Part shown: piece by piece, positions 24,681 through 38,626 of the stretch
Position numbering within the stretch: the first letter of the stretch is position 1
Layout of the letters: each line of letters opens with the position of its first letter
Assembly (NCBI RefSeq): GCF_009914755.1
Contig: NC_060931.1
Source: the human T2T-CHM13v2.0 reference genome, Homo sapiens
DNA length: 64,000 bases
Direction: 5' to 3' (one strand)
Program-made: the position numbers and the translations under genes
The notes under the pieces: model-generated
What the model saw: the letters and a program-made list of their open reading frames with translations, nothing else
Database searches by the model: none
What the model was told of the DNA's origin: nothing

Positions 24681-24819
24681 GTGAAAGAACCTAAAGTTAC
24701 CGAACAAAAGGATGCATCTTAGTAAACTAGAAACCTGGAGTGTATGGAGTTTTACTCTAAATGAATTCTGTGAATTAAATAATTGATAGAGGAAAAAATG
24801 GTCTCATTCAGGAATGCTA

Positions 24820-25712
24820 CCAAAATCTATATTTATAAATATAAAATATGTATATCATTTATATTTATAAATATATCCATATAGCTATGGATACAGAGAT
24901 ACTATATAATATATACAGAAAAAATATATGTTACATATAGTCTCTCTCTTGCTCTCTATATGTATATATGTATATATAATATATACACATGTATATATTA
25001 TATATTATATACATGTGTATATATACATTATATTATATATGTATATACAGACATATATACATATATATTATATACACACTATATATGTATATATGTTATA
25101 TACATACATATATATTATGTTATATATAATATATACACATATATGTGTATATATACATATAAATATATATACACATATATATGTGTATATACATATAAAT
25201 ATTATATATACACATATATATGTATATACATATAAATATTATATACATACACATATATATGTATATATACATATAATATATGTATATATACACATAATAT
25301 TATATGTATATATACATATAATATTATATGTATGTGTATATTTATGTGTATATACATATAATATAATATGTATATACATATAATAATTATATGTATATAC
25401 ATTAAATATTATATGTATATATACATATAATTATTATATGTATATATACATATAATTATATGTATATATACATATAATTATTATATGTATATATACATAT
25501 AATTATTATATGTATATATACATATAATTATTATATGTATATATACATATAATTATTATATGTATATATACATATAATTATTATATGTATATATACATAT
25601 TATAATTATTATATGTATATATACATATACATATTATATGTACATATACATATATAAACGTATATATTATATGTTATATATACATATATATTATATATAC
25701 ACGTGTATATAT
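24820..25712. repeat. AT-rich (TA/TG/CA) low-complexity array with a 25-bp minisatellite core (about 25385-25630)
   Basis: Tandem units attatatgtatatatacatataatt. Confidence 0.95.
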
Positions 25713-28019
25713 TTCCTCTTTTTTGAACTGGATTTTCATCCTGATTGTTGAGCTAAGTAAAATCTTGACATGTGCTTAGTAACTATTTATATGAGAATTA
25801 TGTGTAACATTTTGAGAATTATATTTTGACATGTGTGACAACTTGTTTTAAAGGAACTTAAGGTACTTAATGCATTTTTGAAAAACAGATAAAGCTACTG
25901 ACGTCTCTCAGTTGGGTGAGAAATGTAATTATAGATCAAGACATTTGGAAGTGATTCAAAATATTTAGTGGCAACTATGAAAGCTAATAAATAAAGAGAT
26001 TAAACAGAAACAGGATTATCTTCTCTATGAATAAAGGGGCTAAAACATCAAGGACACTTTCTGCATTTTGATGTTGAATATGCTGCAGAGGACACAATAA
26101 AAAAAATCCTAATTTCTGTATGTAAAAATCAATGGAAAAAATACAGGAATGCTTGATTTATTGTTTTAAAAACCTAAGGATCCATCACACTATCTCTAGG
26201 CTATTCTAATTACAGAAAATTGGATGTTATTTAGTCTAGGTTAGTAAAATCTAGATTGAGGCACTGCCTCAGCAACATGACTACCACAGGTTGGTAAGGA
26301 AATATAGATGGTATATATCTTTTTATGTGCAGGTGGCTGTGTGTCTGGAGAGTTTTATGCCCATGCCTGACTTTTTTAATGTAGTTTGCTTTTGTTCACT
26401 TATTTACTCTACATTTTGATCCATAGATGGAAATTGCAAAAATGTTTGATCTACAGAAACATCTGATATAACTCAATGTTCTTAAAGAGGTTTCGTCTAA
26501 AGATAACATTACAATTTTGTTTGGTGAAAACACATGGGTCGCCATAAAGCTCTTTAAAATACTTTAATGGGTCCTCAAATAGGTTCAACAATTCTTGAAC
26601 TCTCCAAAATTGTATGCCAGATTTGGTATGTCTATGTGTATGTTCATTTTCCTGGACAGAAAAACCACTGCTTTCTAGATTATCAAAGTGATCTGAGATT
26701 TCCAAGATGCTAAAAAAGCTATTAATTTAAAGAATCAAAAATTTATGTCACAGAGAATTCAACAAAATAAGAAGATTCTGATCAGTAAAATGCCTTATGA
26801 GAATAGGAATCACCAATGCAAAGTTACTGGTAATTGTAATACCAAAACAACAAACAACAAAAGCTCTCTGAGCTTGTGGCTATTCTCCTAGGAGCAGACT
26901 GAAACTAGGTCAATTTTTACATGGAAAGACTCAACTTTTTGCTTATTTCCATCCATAGTCTCTCCCAAGTGTTTGTTTTCAGTGCCTTAAGTTCTTCTAC
27001 TTATGTTCATTTTTATAAACAAAGGGAAAAAATGTATTTATATTTACCATTGTATGGTATTAATAATTGAAGTTAAACAATACATCATTACTTAAAGGCA
27101 CAGGAATCTGATTTTAACAATTGGATACTTTCCTGGTGACCTGACAATTAAACTTCAATTTTGGGAGTTGTTAGAAAAGCAAAAGTAGAGTTCTAACTTC
27201 TGTGAAATGCTTCCCTGAAATACATTTGCATCCTCTTCCAACTTTTGTGAAGCTCTTTCCACCTTGTTCCTTTAAGAAGAAGTGAGTTCTTAAAGAAACA
27301 GCTACTCACATAATAGGTCCTACGTTAAAAGTCATTTGAATTCCAATGAAAAACTGTAATTACTATCTGGGCAGATTCATAATGCAACTAAACTACTTAT
27401 TTAAAAATTCTACATATATAAAATGTACAAAAGCATCAAGTCTCAAAAAAAATTGCCCTTGAATCTATTCCATGTACATATCTAAGCAGATGAAAATGCT
27501 TCACCTACATCGGGACACTAAAAATTGGAGATTTTTTTGAAGTCAATGTTAAAATGATGTTCCAACATAACAGATTGACAATATGCAAAATACACCCACA
27601 AAATATGCCAGTAATCGGTAAAACAAGAAACAAGAAAATCCAGGTACGAAGCATAAATGGGTGCTGAAAATATATCTCAAAGATCCAAGACAGAATAGGA
27701 GGTGAAGAGCAGGCTAGGGACAGAAAAGTTGGTGGTGGTTGAGGTGGCGGTGGTGGATGCTGGATTTCACTTGAGTTGAAAAACAGAGCAAAAAGATAGT
27801 GAGAAAGTCTGCTTCGCAAAACTGAAATTGTTGTAGGATGTGATCATCATTATCACAGACAAGCTAAGAATTGAGATGCCAAAAAATGTTCCTGTCCTTG
27901 AGGTGTTAAAATATCGTAGGGGAGACAGATCTGATGAATGAGATGGAAAAACAAGGCGAGAGATTGTATGGGATCCAGCCCCAATTAAGCAGCAAGCCCA
28001 GAGGCGGCGGAAGGCTGAT

Positions 28020-28240
28020 GGGAAGCACACCAGCTTTGAGAGGCACGACAATCCTGGCGCCCTACCCGCTACTCGCTGTGAGAGTGTAGGATAGTTTCTT
28101 ATCCAGTTCCTTGAATACCTCATTTTAAAATGGCTACAATAATATCTATCATAAAGGGTTCTTTTGAGGAATTAATGACACATAAAATGCTTAACCCATT
28201 TGCCGAAACATGTTTATGTGCAGATATAATTATGCGAGAG
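28020..28240 (+). mobile_element. MIR
   Basis: cctcattttaaaatggctacaataatatctatcataaagggttcttttgaggaattaatga. Confidence 0.6.
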
Positions 28241-30867
28241 ATAATTATATCTCATGTTAGGCAGCTGAGACATTATTTTACCTAAAACAATTCTGCCCTT
28301 AGTCACATGAGGGTCTCATGGGACACAGGCCACATTTCAGACCAGATCATTTAGATGGTGCTACCCCTAACACAACACTATTTATCCATAAATACATTTG
28401 CACTCAGATTCTGAGTTTTGGAGAAAACAAAGAAATAGGACAAATTTGTATGAGTGAACACAAAACAGAGTGGCTTTAAACAAAGGCTGAAATCATGCCA
28501 TTTGTTGGTTTGGTGCTTATAGGGCTTGTCTTAATCAGCAATCCAGTGCCTCTGTTCACAACATTAGATGTTATATAATTGTCTTAAATACAGGATATTG
28601 TCTTCAAGGCTGAATGTCTTCTATCACCAACAAGCATACATTTCGGAACATTTTATTTTACTGATGTCTCCCTTCCCCATTCAATAGTAACTGCCTACTT
28701 GCTATTTCCTTAGTTTCACCAAAATTAACGTGTCACTTGCTAATTTGTCAGTTGTCACAAAACTATACATTATTCTTTTTCCTGTGATACAACTGTGATC
28801 AACCTTTTTAATGTGTATTTATTAAAGCCAATGAAATGCAAGGCATGTGACGGAAGGTCACAAAAAACGAAGCATGGACCATGTCGTTAAAGGGTGGCCA
28901 CTACACTAGGAACCAGTCTAGGTGCTCTGCATGCTTCTTTCTGGCTCCAATTCTTGGAGTTACTGTAAGTCTGATTTACCAAGTTTCAACTTCTTTTCCC
29001 AATGGATGACTATTTTAATTACGATTTCAATTTATTTCCTGGCTACTGCCAACAGCCACCAATTTTGGAAAAAGGATTTTGAGCCAGCTGCCAAAAGAAT
29101 CAGAGCTTGGTAATTAAAAAAAAAAATAGAAGACAGCAGAATAAATTCATTGTTGGCAAACCAAATGGAAGGCTCAATTCACATTTAAGAAAGCCCTTTC
29201 CTTTCAAAGTCTCAAATTTGGGGCTAAAAACCTTTGTTCTGGAGCAGTAGTTTTCAAATAGTCCTGGTGCTGACGTACGGCCAAGAAGTGCCAGCAGATA
29301 CAATCCTGAGTCATCCAACCCCGTTACATAGAGGCCAGCTGTCACGATGTCAAGTAGAACAGGTAGCTCTTGACTCTGGCTCTCGTTCATTCCTCCCTAC
29401 TCTTAGTCTTCCACCTACAGCTTCTGCCCTGACTCATCTCCACTGTCTGGCAGTGAAGGATAAGAAACACTAATCCGGACAAGCTGTCAAAAAATCACTG
29501 AACCACATTTTGGTGATGGTAATTTTCCTTTTTTTTTCTTTTTACGGTGTGCTCATTTTTTGCTTCTGAGAATTTCCCATAAACATGGCTCTACTTCTGT
29601 ATTAATGGTGGCTATAGATTAAATAAAGCTTAGACTATTCCATTTTTTATTTCATCTACTGAATAATTTATACTTGATAAAATTTCACTCAGCCATATAT
29701 GTTACTATCAGAATTCACAATTGGAGTGTTCAAGTCTCACATAGTCATCTCCCTTAGTTTTAGGGTTACCTGGACACTGCCATAGAGATAATTTAGAAAT
29801 ATTAGGCTACAGTCTCAATAATAGCTTAATTTTAACCCATAATCTTCTATGCATGTGCAGGCTTTTTTCGTTTTGTTATTAAGAAGGCTGCATAATCTAG
29901 CTCCTACCTACCTCTCCTGCAATCCACCCCACTATTCTTCCTGAACCTCTTCTCCTGCATGTAAGAGCTGGCCACAATAAAGAACTGCAGTGGTGAGAAT
30001 TTAAGTAAACTACCCAGAAGCCCCAAGCTATTCAGTGGTGGAGAGTACAGACTTCTTTTACTTCAGAGCTCATGACCTTATGCACAGGGTTTTACAGCTT
30101 CTAGAGGAATTATGATTTCAGGTTTTGAAGGAAGAGTGAGGTTTGGTATAGATCAAGTTTGAGAGCTCAGAATTTTCTAGACTCAGCTCAAACAAAAGCA
30201 GGAAGAAAGCAAACCTAGAATGATCTAAATGGCTATGAAGATCTCATTCTACTCTAGTCAAGGATCTTACACAGATGTCAAACTAAGCTTCCTGTTTCTT
30301 ACCAGACAGTTTGCTCCTGGTAGCTCAGAGTTCCTGCCCCCACACATTCTTCAGTCTTGCTCTCTTCCCACTTCCCACCACTGTGTTCCCTGCTGCCTAA
30401 GAATTCCACAGAAATATGGTAATCAATGGGAATGGCAGGCAACCCCAACCCAGACACAGGAACCGAGACTACAACCATGTGAAGAAAAATCCAATTACAG
30501 ATTTTGGGTAACTTTGCTGTATGCATTATGTAACTTATAATCTTCACACAAATATAGCCAATCTTAATATGTTTTTAGCATGTTGCATGGTTTTCATTTC
30601 TGTTATGATTTTATTTTTGAAGTACCATAAAGTTTATTGGAATTTTGCAAACATTGGCAACAATACTACACAACCTAAAAATGCCATCCATAGAAACAGC
30701 ATTAAATATATACCATGGAATAGAGTGATAATTTTTAAAGACTGAATTAGAGTTTCACCTATTAGCAAGATGAATTTCCATGGTACATTACTGTTAAAAA
30801 TAAATTGTGGTATAATATGTATAGTGTGCACATGCAAATTGTAAACACAGTTTTATTTTTAGTGTAA

Positions 30868-31168
<301 letters not shown>

Positions 31169-34100
31169 ACATTTGTATTTTTAAACAACAATCCCCACAT
31201 ATGTATTCATGTATGTCTATGTGCGTAACTTTGTATAAATGTAGGAAAACAAAAATGCGCACCATAAAGGTCTACATTGGGTGGAGAGTTAAAAACCAAA
31301 CAGAAGTCTAGAATTACGTACAATATCAAAACTGAGGTAAACCAAGATTATAAAACCTGGCAGATTGCAGAACACACATAGCTTATATAAGTCAAGAGAT
31401 ATACCATGAGGACCTTGATATCAGAGAGAAATGCATATTGTATGGGTTAAAAATGGAGCAGGAATAAAGAGAAGCAGAATATCAGACAGGAATTCACAAT
31501 TTACCGCGATAGTCCATAAACTTTTTATGCTCGCACATTCTTAACCTACCATGACCACACAGATGAATGGGTTTCTTCCGTACGCAGGGTACAAATAATT
31601 CCTGCATCACGTCTATCTATACACCTTTCTCTTGTACTTCAAAAAAATAATAATAATTGGAGTGTAAGTGAGTGATAGTGATGTTAATAGACAGGTATTA
31701 CTGAATTTTCTCTAATTAGTGTTTAAAGTAACTCTCGTTACTAATCCACACAGCTCACATCAGGTAAACACCTTCTCTGTTCTCAGAGGGTCTGGAAGAC
31801 TGGTAGACTGGGTAGCCCTGGCATTAAGGATTCCTTGATTCAGGGGCATCCTCTAGTCTCTGCAGAAGGGTGAAAAGCAGTGCAATGTGGACCGTGAATT
31901 AGACTTGGAAGGAAATAGGAAGTAAGAAAAACTAATGGCTCCTGGAAAGGGGGTGAATATTGGTTCCAGGACAGACCTTAGCTTCATGGAAGCTCTAGGT
32001 TGGACCTGGCGATGTTCTCATCACTACACAAGAACACAAATGGTCAGAGTGTGTTTGATTTGTGAATGCTGCACATTAAATAAATGTACAGTGACCTATT
32101 TTCCAATAGAGAGAAAAAACACAATCTTAAAAATATGCGTCTTTCAAAAGCATCTGACAGTAGATACTGAAGCAATAGGATTGTATGAATGCAGCTATAT
32201 TTCCCTGAGCTGTGCCTCTAACCATCATATCCAAAGCTTTCAATGGTAATTTAGGGCCTCTAGTCTCCCCAGTCCTCTCAAATTGCATGATCAAATCAAT
32301 GATTCATCAAAGAGATAAGATACTTGACTTGCCCATTTTGGATCTGTGACTTTTCTTCATATAAATGGTGTGATTTAGATGAATGCAACTGTCATTGCTC
32401 TGTAATGTAGGCCAAATGACATAACCTTAGATATACCATGCTCCTTTCTATTTTAAATATAATAATCTTCTAAAATTACATGCTCTTTAAATGAATAATA
32501 TTAGCAAAAACTGCTCATTTCAAAAATCCCTGATACGTGAATCTTCTCTTATGATATATATTAATGGAAAATACGTTTCTTGTGCTAAAAATATAGGCAC
32601 ATGCACAAACACAAAACTGACATTCCTCATATATATATATATTTCTGAAAGCCAACTGGCACAAATTATATAAAATTGATGAGAAAATGATCTGAACCAC
32701 TATTTGGCATGCATATGCCAAAGTTACCCTTAATTTACATGCAATTGCTCATAGCTGATGCACACATAATTTAATGAAGGCACAGCAGCCCCATCACACA
32801 CTAGTAAGTTTTCCAATTAAGCAATATTCACCTAGTGTTGAACTATGCCTTCAATGTGAATGAAATTCTTTTTCTTTCATAAAATTGAGAAAAGACATAA
32901 ACAGAAACAAAACAAAAGTTCTATGGCTTGGGAATCCCTGCCTCATTTAATAATGGCCAATCAATAATCACCTTACTTTTAAATTTCTCTCATTACCCAT
33001 TCAAAATTCTCATCTGTCTGCCCCAACATCTCCCACATACAAGCCATCTATCCATTTTTTTAACATAATGTTGCATACAAATAGGTATGTATGTGTCTCT
33101 GTCTAACTACAGCCCCAAATAGGTTTGCTACTATTTATTTTAATATCTTAAAACCCCTCCATCTCGAACCTACTTTACCACTCATGACTCCTACAGTGGA
33201 GGAATACAGAAATGGCATAGCCATTCTTCAACCCAGATTTCGAAGATGAAGACAGTGGGGTAGAAGATAGAAATAAGCAATATTCTAACATTTTCAAGAG
33301 TCCCTTTGTGTGAGAAAGTTCTCCATTAGCAATAATGACAACTCCAGTACTGTCTTCACTCGTAAGAGACAACAGACCTGACCCTAGGCAAGTCTTATTT
33401 AATTCCTCATTTGACCCATTTCTGACAGCTTTAATCTAGTCCAAAGGAATGGCATTCTCCAAAGTTTCTAGCTGGTACTGTCCTCTCTCACACAAGATAA
33501 ATCAATTCCCAGGAAGACTCTCTAAACCTTGTCCCACTCTATCTATTGAAGGACTCTTCTAGACTCCAGAAAACAAATGGAGGAGGAAGAGATTTCAGAG
33601 AAAGGAGAGAGATGAATAAGGACAGCCAGAATAAAGAGAAAGGGGATGAATGAAATATTTATAGGAAAATGCTGTTTGCCTAGAACTAGACACAATTTTA
33701 ATGGAATACAACATAGGCTGGTCCTCCAGAAGAGCAGGCATGTAGGAACAAAGGACATCAGAGGAGGAACAAGTAATGTAGACTCCGATCTGACCAAGAG
33801 GTTGTTTTTTTTTTTCTTATGAAAGTGAAAGACATCTGTACCACCCTGAAGAATGAAAAGGCTTTTCAATAATGTTTTCTCTATTTTTAAATATTCCAAC
33901 CATTCTGGTACTATTTTTAAGTGAGTTAATTCTTAGAGAAAGTAATCACCTGGTTGAATCTATTTTTGCAACTACAGGTGAATCCTATGGTATGCACTAA
34001 AATCTCAAGTTATAATTCCTACCATTTAATGCCCCATAAAGAATCACCCTGGGGAAATGGGGAAACCCAGGGTGTCTACAAAAAAACCCCTCTAATTGCT

Positions 34101-34269
34101 CCTAGTTCTCTCTTTATTCTACCCTACTACATCTATAAATGCCTCCTTCTGTTCTCCATCCCTACCTTTTCTTTTGTTCCTCTTCTCTCTTTCTCCTTTC
34201 CATTTCCTCATCTAGGTCTTATACCTATCTGGGGTTCTCATTTATGTACTGAGAACCGTCAGAGTGACT

Positions 34270-34455
34270 CAGGGTTCCTCAAGCTCTACACTATTGACAT
34301 TTGGGGCTGGATAATTCTTCATGGTAGGAGGCTTCTCTGTGCACGCTAAGATGTTTAACAGCATCCTTGGCCTTTATCCAACAGATTTCAAAGTCTTCAG
34401 ACCTTGCCAAATGTCCCCTACAGGGAGCAAATTCTTCCCAGCTGGAAATCACTAG
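34270..34455. mobile_element. MER20 hAT-Charlie element
   Basis: cactattgacatttggggctggataattctt...gccaaatgtcccct. Confidence 0.85.
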
Positions 34456-35389
34456 AATGGCACATCTGCCTCTATTCCTTAGTACCTTTGTGATTTGGGG
34501 TTAAGAAGGGATATCATGATTTCGAGGGAGGAAGCAGAGAAGGAATTATCTCAAAGTAGGTGGCCTCAGAAAGGACCCTTATCAAATAAGCAGGTAGAGT
34601 CCAATTCTTATGTTAATTCTTGTTCATTTGGCAACCTCAAGAATATCCTAAATCTGCAAGTGCAATGCATTTTGCTTGTAAAACATATTAGTTACAGGTT
34701 ACATCAATGCTATTAGGATGGAGGGGCCTTTGAATTTTGACCTCAGAGATGGTGTAGGCAGGAATTTTCAACAGGCTATAAATATCTAACACATTCTTGT
34801 ATAACCCATAATACCTTGTTAGGTTAACATGAGGTGTCATTTTTGAGCTTCAGTGCTTTGTTGGCAATTCACTATGCATTTGGAAAAGGAAGAAACCAAA
34901 GCAATGAAATGCTTAAGTGGCGAGAAACTGCCACATGGCTCACTAATAAGGTGTCTTGGGCACGTGTACACCTTTCTAAATGCTGCTTTTCTCTTGAGAT
35001 TTTTCTGGTCTTAGAAAACAGTCAGCTAAAACCCTAGCTGCAAATTAGTGAGCTGACAGGAATTTCTCAAGTTTTCAAACATACTGGTATTAATTTATTC
35101 TCTTCACAGTTAATCCTCCAAGCATATTTAATGTCATCTCATAGACAAGAAACTTCATTAACAGGCATTTAAGGCATTTCGTCGTTCATGTTTCTTTTTC
35201 ACCTATAACACTCCTTACTCCCACCGGGACAAACTAGGGAATTCTGATGTAATCAGTTTCTGCACTAAGAAATAAAAGATTTAGTATTAAATTTCCTGCC
35301 AGTCACTTTCTACATAAAAATTAATAGCACCTATATCCCATGTGTTTTATAATACACACACCTAGAAAAAAATACGGAAATCAATCCAT

Positions 35390-35850
35390 ATCTTTTCAGC
35401 CTCTCAATGGCATTTGACACTGTCCATTACTCCTTCCTCTCTGAAATACATTTCACTCTTGGCTTTCGTGATACCACCTTCTCCTTGATTTCCAGCTTCC
35501 CTGCTGCTTATCTCAGTTTCCATGATTCTTCTTGACCAGTTGCTGTCTTGAACCTGCACTCTTCTTGACTCATGAATAAACATAGATAGAACAGTGGGCC
35601 CTCCTCTTTAACTGAACTCCTCCCTAAGTGATCTCCTCCGGCCTTGTAGTTTTAAGCACCATTCATCCATTTGCTGATGACTCCAAAATTTCTATCTCTG
35701 GGCCTGAATTTTTTAATGAGGTTTAATATTCGTATACCCAACTGCCTACTCACCAACCCCCTTGGATCTAACAGGCATATCAAAACTAATACGGCTAACA
35801 CAGAACTCTATTTCCTATGCCTCCAACTCATTCCTCCTTTGATGATCTTG
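35390..35850 (+). mobile_element. L2 fragment
   Basis: gcatttgacactgtccattactccttcct...gctgatgactccaaaattt...catatcaaaactaa. Confidence 0.7.
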
Positions 35851-36646
35851 GCCAAACATGAAAGTTTATCTCTCCCAGCTTCGTGCTTCAACCAGTTCTC
35901 CTTGCCCTGCTCAGGAAATTCCTCATTAGCTTCTCCCTGTGCTCTGGCCACGTTAGTTCTAACACAGTCTCTTTTTCTTTCCTGTTTAATGAGCAAATTC
36001 TGGGCTTCTTGGATCTTTTTTGTTCCAACCATTCCTTCATGCTCAAAGTCCCCTGATTTTTATCACTCTTCTTGCGCCTTCCTTGTCCTAAGGAAGGATA
36101 TGGGAAAAGGTGACACCTCTGACACTCATCCCTGATCACTGCATTCGTTATCCTAGATGTTCAGCACACAAAACCTTTTGATGTGGCATTTATAATGCAG
36201 CAGTTTTGACACCAAGATTTGACTTGACTGTAAGTAAACAAAATAATGCAGCAATATTTTGACATAGAAAAATATCATTAATCCTTCTGAGTGTTATTAC
36301 CAAACAATACATGCAATACATAACTCACTCATATTGTAGTATCTTATCCATCCGTTGATCTCCATGAATAGTTACAGATAGGGCATAAAAAAATATGGTA
36401 CAAAATACCCACAATTTTAACTCTCACACCAAAAATGACTACATCGTATAAGCCAGGAATAATAAATAAAAGTAGTTTCATAAACCTAGCTAGGATAAAT
36501 CTAACATATTTTGATAAAGTTTTAAAGGTTCAAAATGTCCAAGAGGAAAAAGTATAAACTCTTAAAGACAATATCCTCATAGTCTTATAACTACTACTGC
36601 CAATTGTTAGAGATCAGCTCTTACCTTTAAAAGGACTATGCTTTTT

Positions 36647-37095
36647 TTATTTTAATTTTTATTTTAAGTTCTTGGGTACATGTGCAGGATATGCAGGTTT
36701 GTTACATAGGTAAACATGTGCCATGGTGGTTTGCTGCACCCATCAACCCATACCCTAGGTATTAAAACCAGCATGTATTAGCTATTATTCCTAATGCTCT
36801 CCTTCTTCCCACCCTTACAACAGGCCCTAGTGTGTGTTGTTCCCCTCTCTGTGTCCATGTGTTCTCATTGTTTAGCTACCACTTGTAAGTGACAACATGT
36901 GGTGTTTGGTTGTCTGTTCTTGCATAAGTTTGCTGAGGATAATGGCTTCCGGCTCCATCCATGTCAGTGCAAAGAACGTGATCTCATTCCTTTTTATGGC
37001 TGCATAGTATTCCATAGTATATATGTACCACACTTTCTTTATCCAGTCTATCGTTGATGGGCATTTGGGTTGATTCCATGTCTTTGCTATTGTGA
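36647..37095 (-). mobile_element. 5'-truncated L1PA (about PA7-PA10) 3' end
   Basis: gggtacatgtgcaggatatgcaggtttgttacatagg; TSD aaag(g/c)actatgcttttt on both sides. Confidence 0.92.
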
Positions 37096-38059
37096 AAGCA
37101 CTATGCTTTTTAAAATAAAATTTACACCAAGATAGTGGCTCTGGGTAAATATGCAAATAGTCACTCTGATGAAAGTTGTGCTCTATCTAAAAAATTTGGT
37201 GGAAATTTGTCTTCTAGTGTTTGGTAAAAACAGTCTAGAAGAAGTTCATTTTGTTTTGTTTTTAATGTAAACATATCCTAAGTGACTTTTCTTCCTTTCA
37301 AGGCCAGACAGATGGAAGAAAGAACTCTGGAAGTGTGGGATACGTTGTTTGAGAAATAAATACACAAATAAGAACACAAAGGCCATTCCTGTCATTAAGG
37401 CTGAAGATATGCTGCTTCAGCCAAGGACAGAGGGTATCATTGGTAGGGGGAATACCTAGAAGGCTACAAGATATAGGTTTTTCTTTAAATTATTGTGTTT
37501 TCTATTTATGTTAAAGGATGTTAAATTGGAAATTTCAGGCATGGGAAAATAGACACAAAAATCCAAAGTGAAGTGCTAAACCAGGATTTTCACATTTATA
37601 AATTTAGGCATAGTTATATTCCTCCCCACATGGAAGTATGAAGGGTTTGAAGAGATTTATTTGGAGAGAATTGTTGGCATGCTGTGATTCCCACATACCT
37701 TTCCTCTTAACAGGGCAGGGTAAGGAGCCTTCAGATAAAAGGGCTTTAATGAGACCAGTCAAAGAGCTTTGTTTGGGCTCCTTGCAGTCGGGAGTAATAC
37801 TGTGTACTAGGATCTACATCATGTCTGAGAAATCTAATGCATAAGAGGATGGCTGAAGAGATCTGTGCATCACAAGTGGGATGGGGAAGTTGGAAAGAAA
37901 CTGCACCCCCAAAGTCTGCTGGGATAAAGAATAACTGAGTGTTCTCCTACAGACTTTATATGGGCCATAGAGAGATGCAGACTGGGTTTATTAGATTGTC
38001 CAAAAGACCCAGGATGAACCACTCAGATTACATTTTAAAACTGTTGCTTGATGGTTGTA

Positions 38060-38342
38060 GGAAGCATGTAATTCTCTTTTTCAGGAGATGATGGAAAAAA
38101 ACATAGTCCTGGTTGCTAATGGCAGTCATCTTGGACCACAAAGTCATCTAGCCCAGAGGTAAAATTGACAGGAAGAGGAGAACAAAGTAGAAGGACCAGC
38201 AGGAAAGTGGAGTGTGAGCCATGACCAAATGGGATGAGAAATCCACCTTGATCTGGACTTTTTGCTTATGTGAACCAAGAGACCCTTTCCTTGCTAAGCT
38301 AGTTTCAGCTGAGTTTTCTGGTATTTGTTACTGAAAGCACTC
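38060..38342 (+). mobile_element. Old MLT1-type (ERVL-MaLR) LTR fragment
   Basis: ggcagtcatcttg...tctggactttttgcttatgtga...gctaagctagtttcagctgagttttctg. Confidence 0.55.
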
Positions 38343-38581
38343 AATTTTATAATCTTTTCTAAATGATCTAGGAGAAAATCCACAGTCTAAATTTGTGCTA
38401 GACTAGGCTGGTCCAAAATCAGGAAAATGCAAAAGAATCAGAATACCATTTTCACTAGATTCTTAGAATGAACTCTATCCCTAGGGAAGATGTGAACTCT
38501 AAATCAAAATAAGACATTAATTGAAAGATGGACTTCATTTGGCCAGAAGGTAAGAAACAAGGAGAGTCAATTATTTGTTAC

Positions 38582-38626
38582 CTGGTAATGAACTCTCTGG
38601 GAGCCAGAAGAAACTGACTGTAGGTC
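38582..38626 (-). CDS. DGKI: DGKI coding exon, 45 nt, phase 0 to 0: DLQSVSSGSQRVHYQ
   Basis: Acceptor ttttttcattttctcattag|GAC, donor CAG|gtaaca, in frame with neighbours. Confidence 0.94.

Noticed and set aside
24928-25402. 151-aa and overlapping Y/I-rich ORFs; regular 25-bp repeats
   Set aside because: Low-complexity TA repeat; tandem units with no unique spacers, so not CRISPR and not coding
35671-36135. 154-aa plus-strand ORF
   Set aside because: Starts inside an L2 relic, lacks an ATG start and splice support, and resembles no protein I recognise
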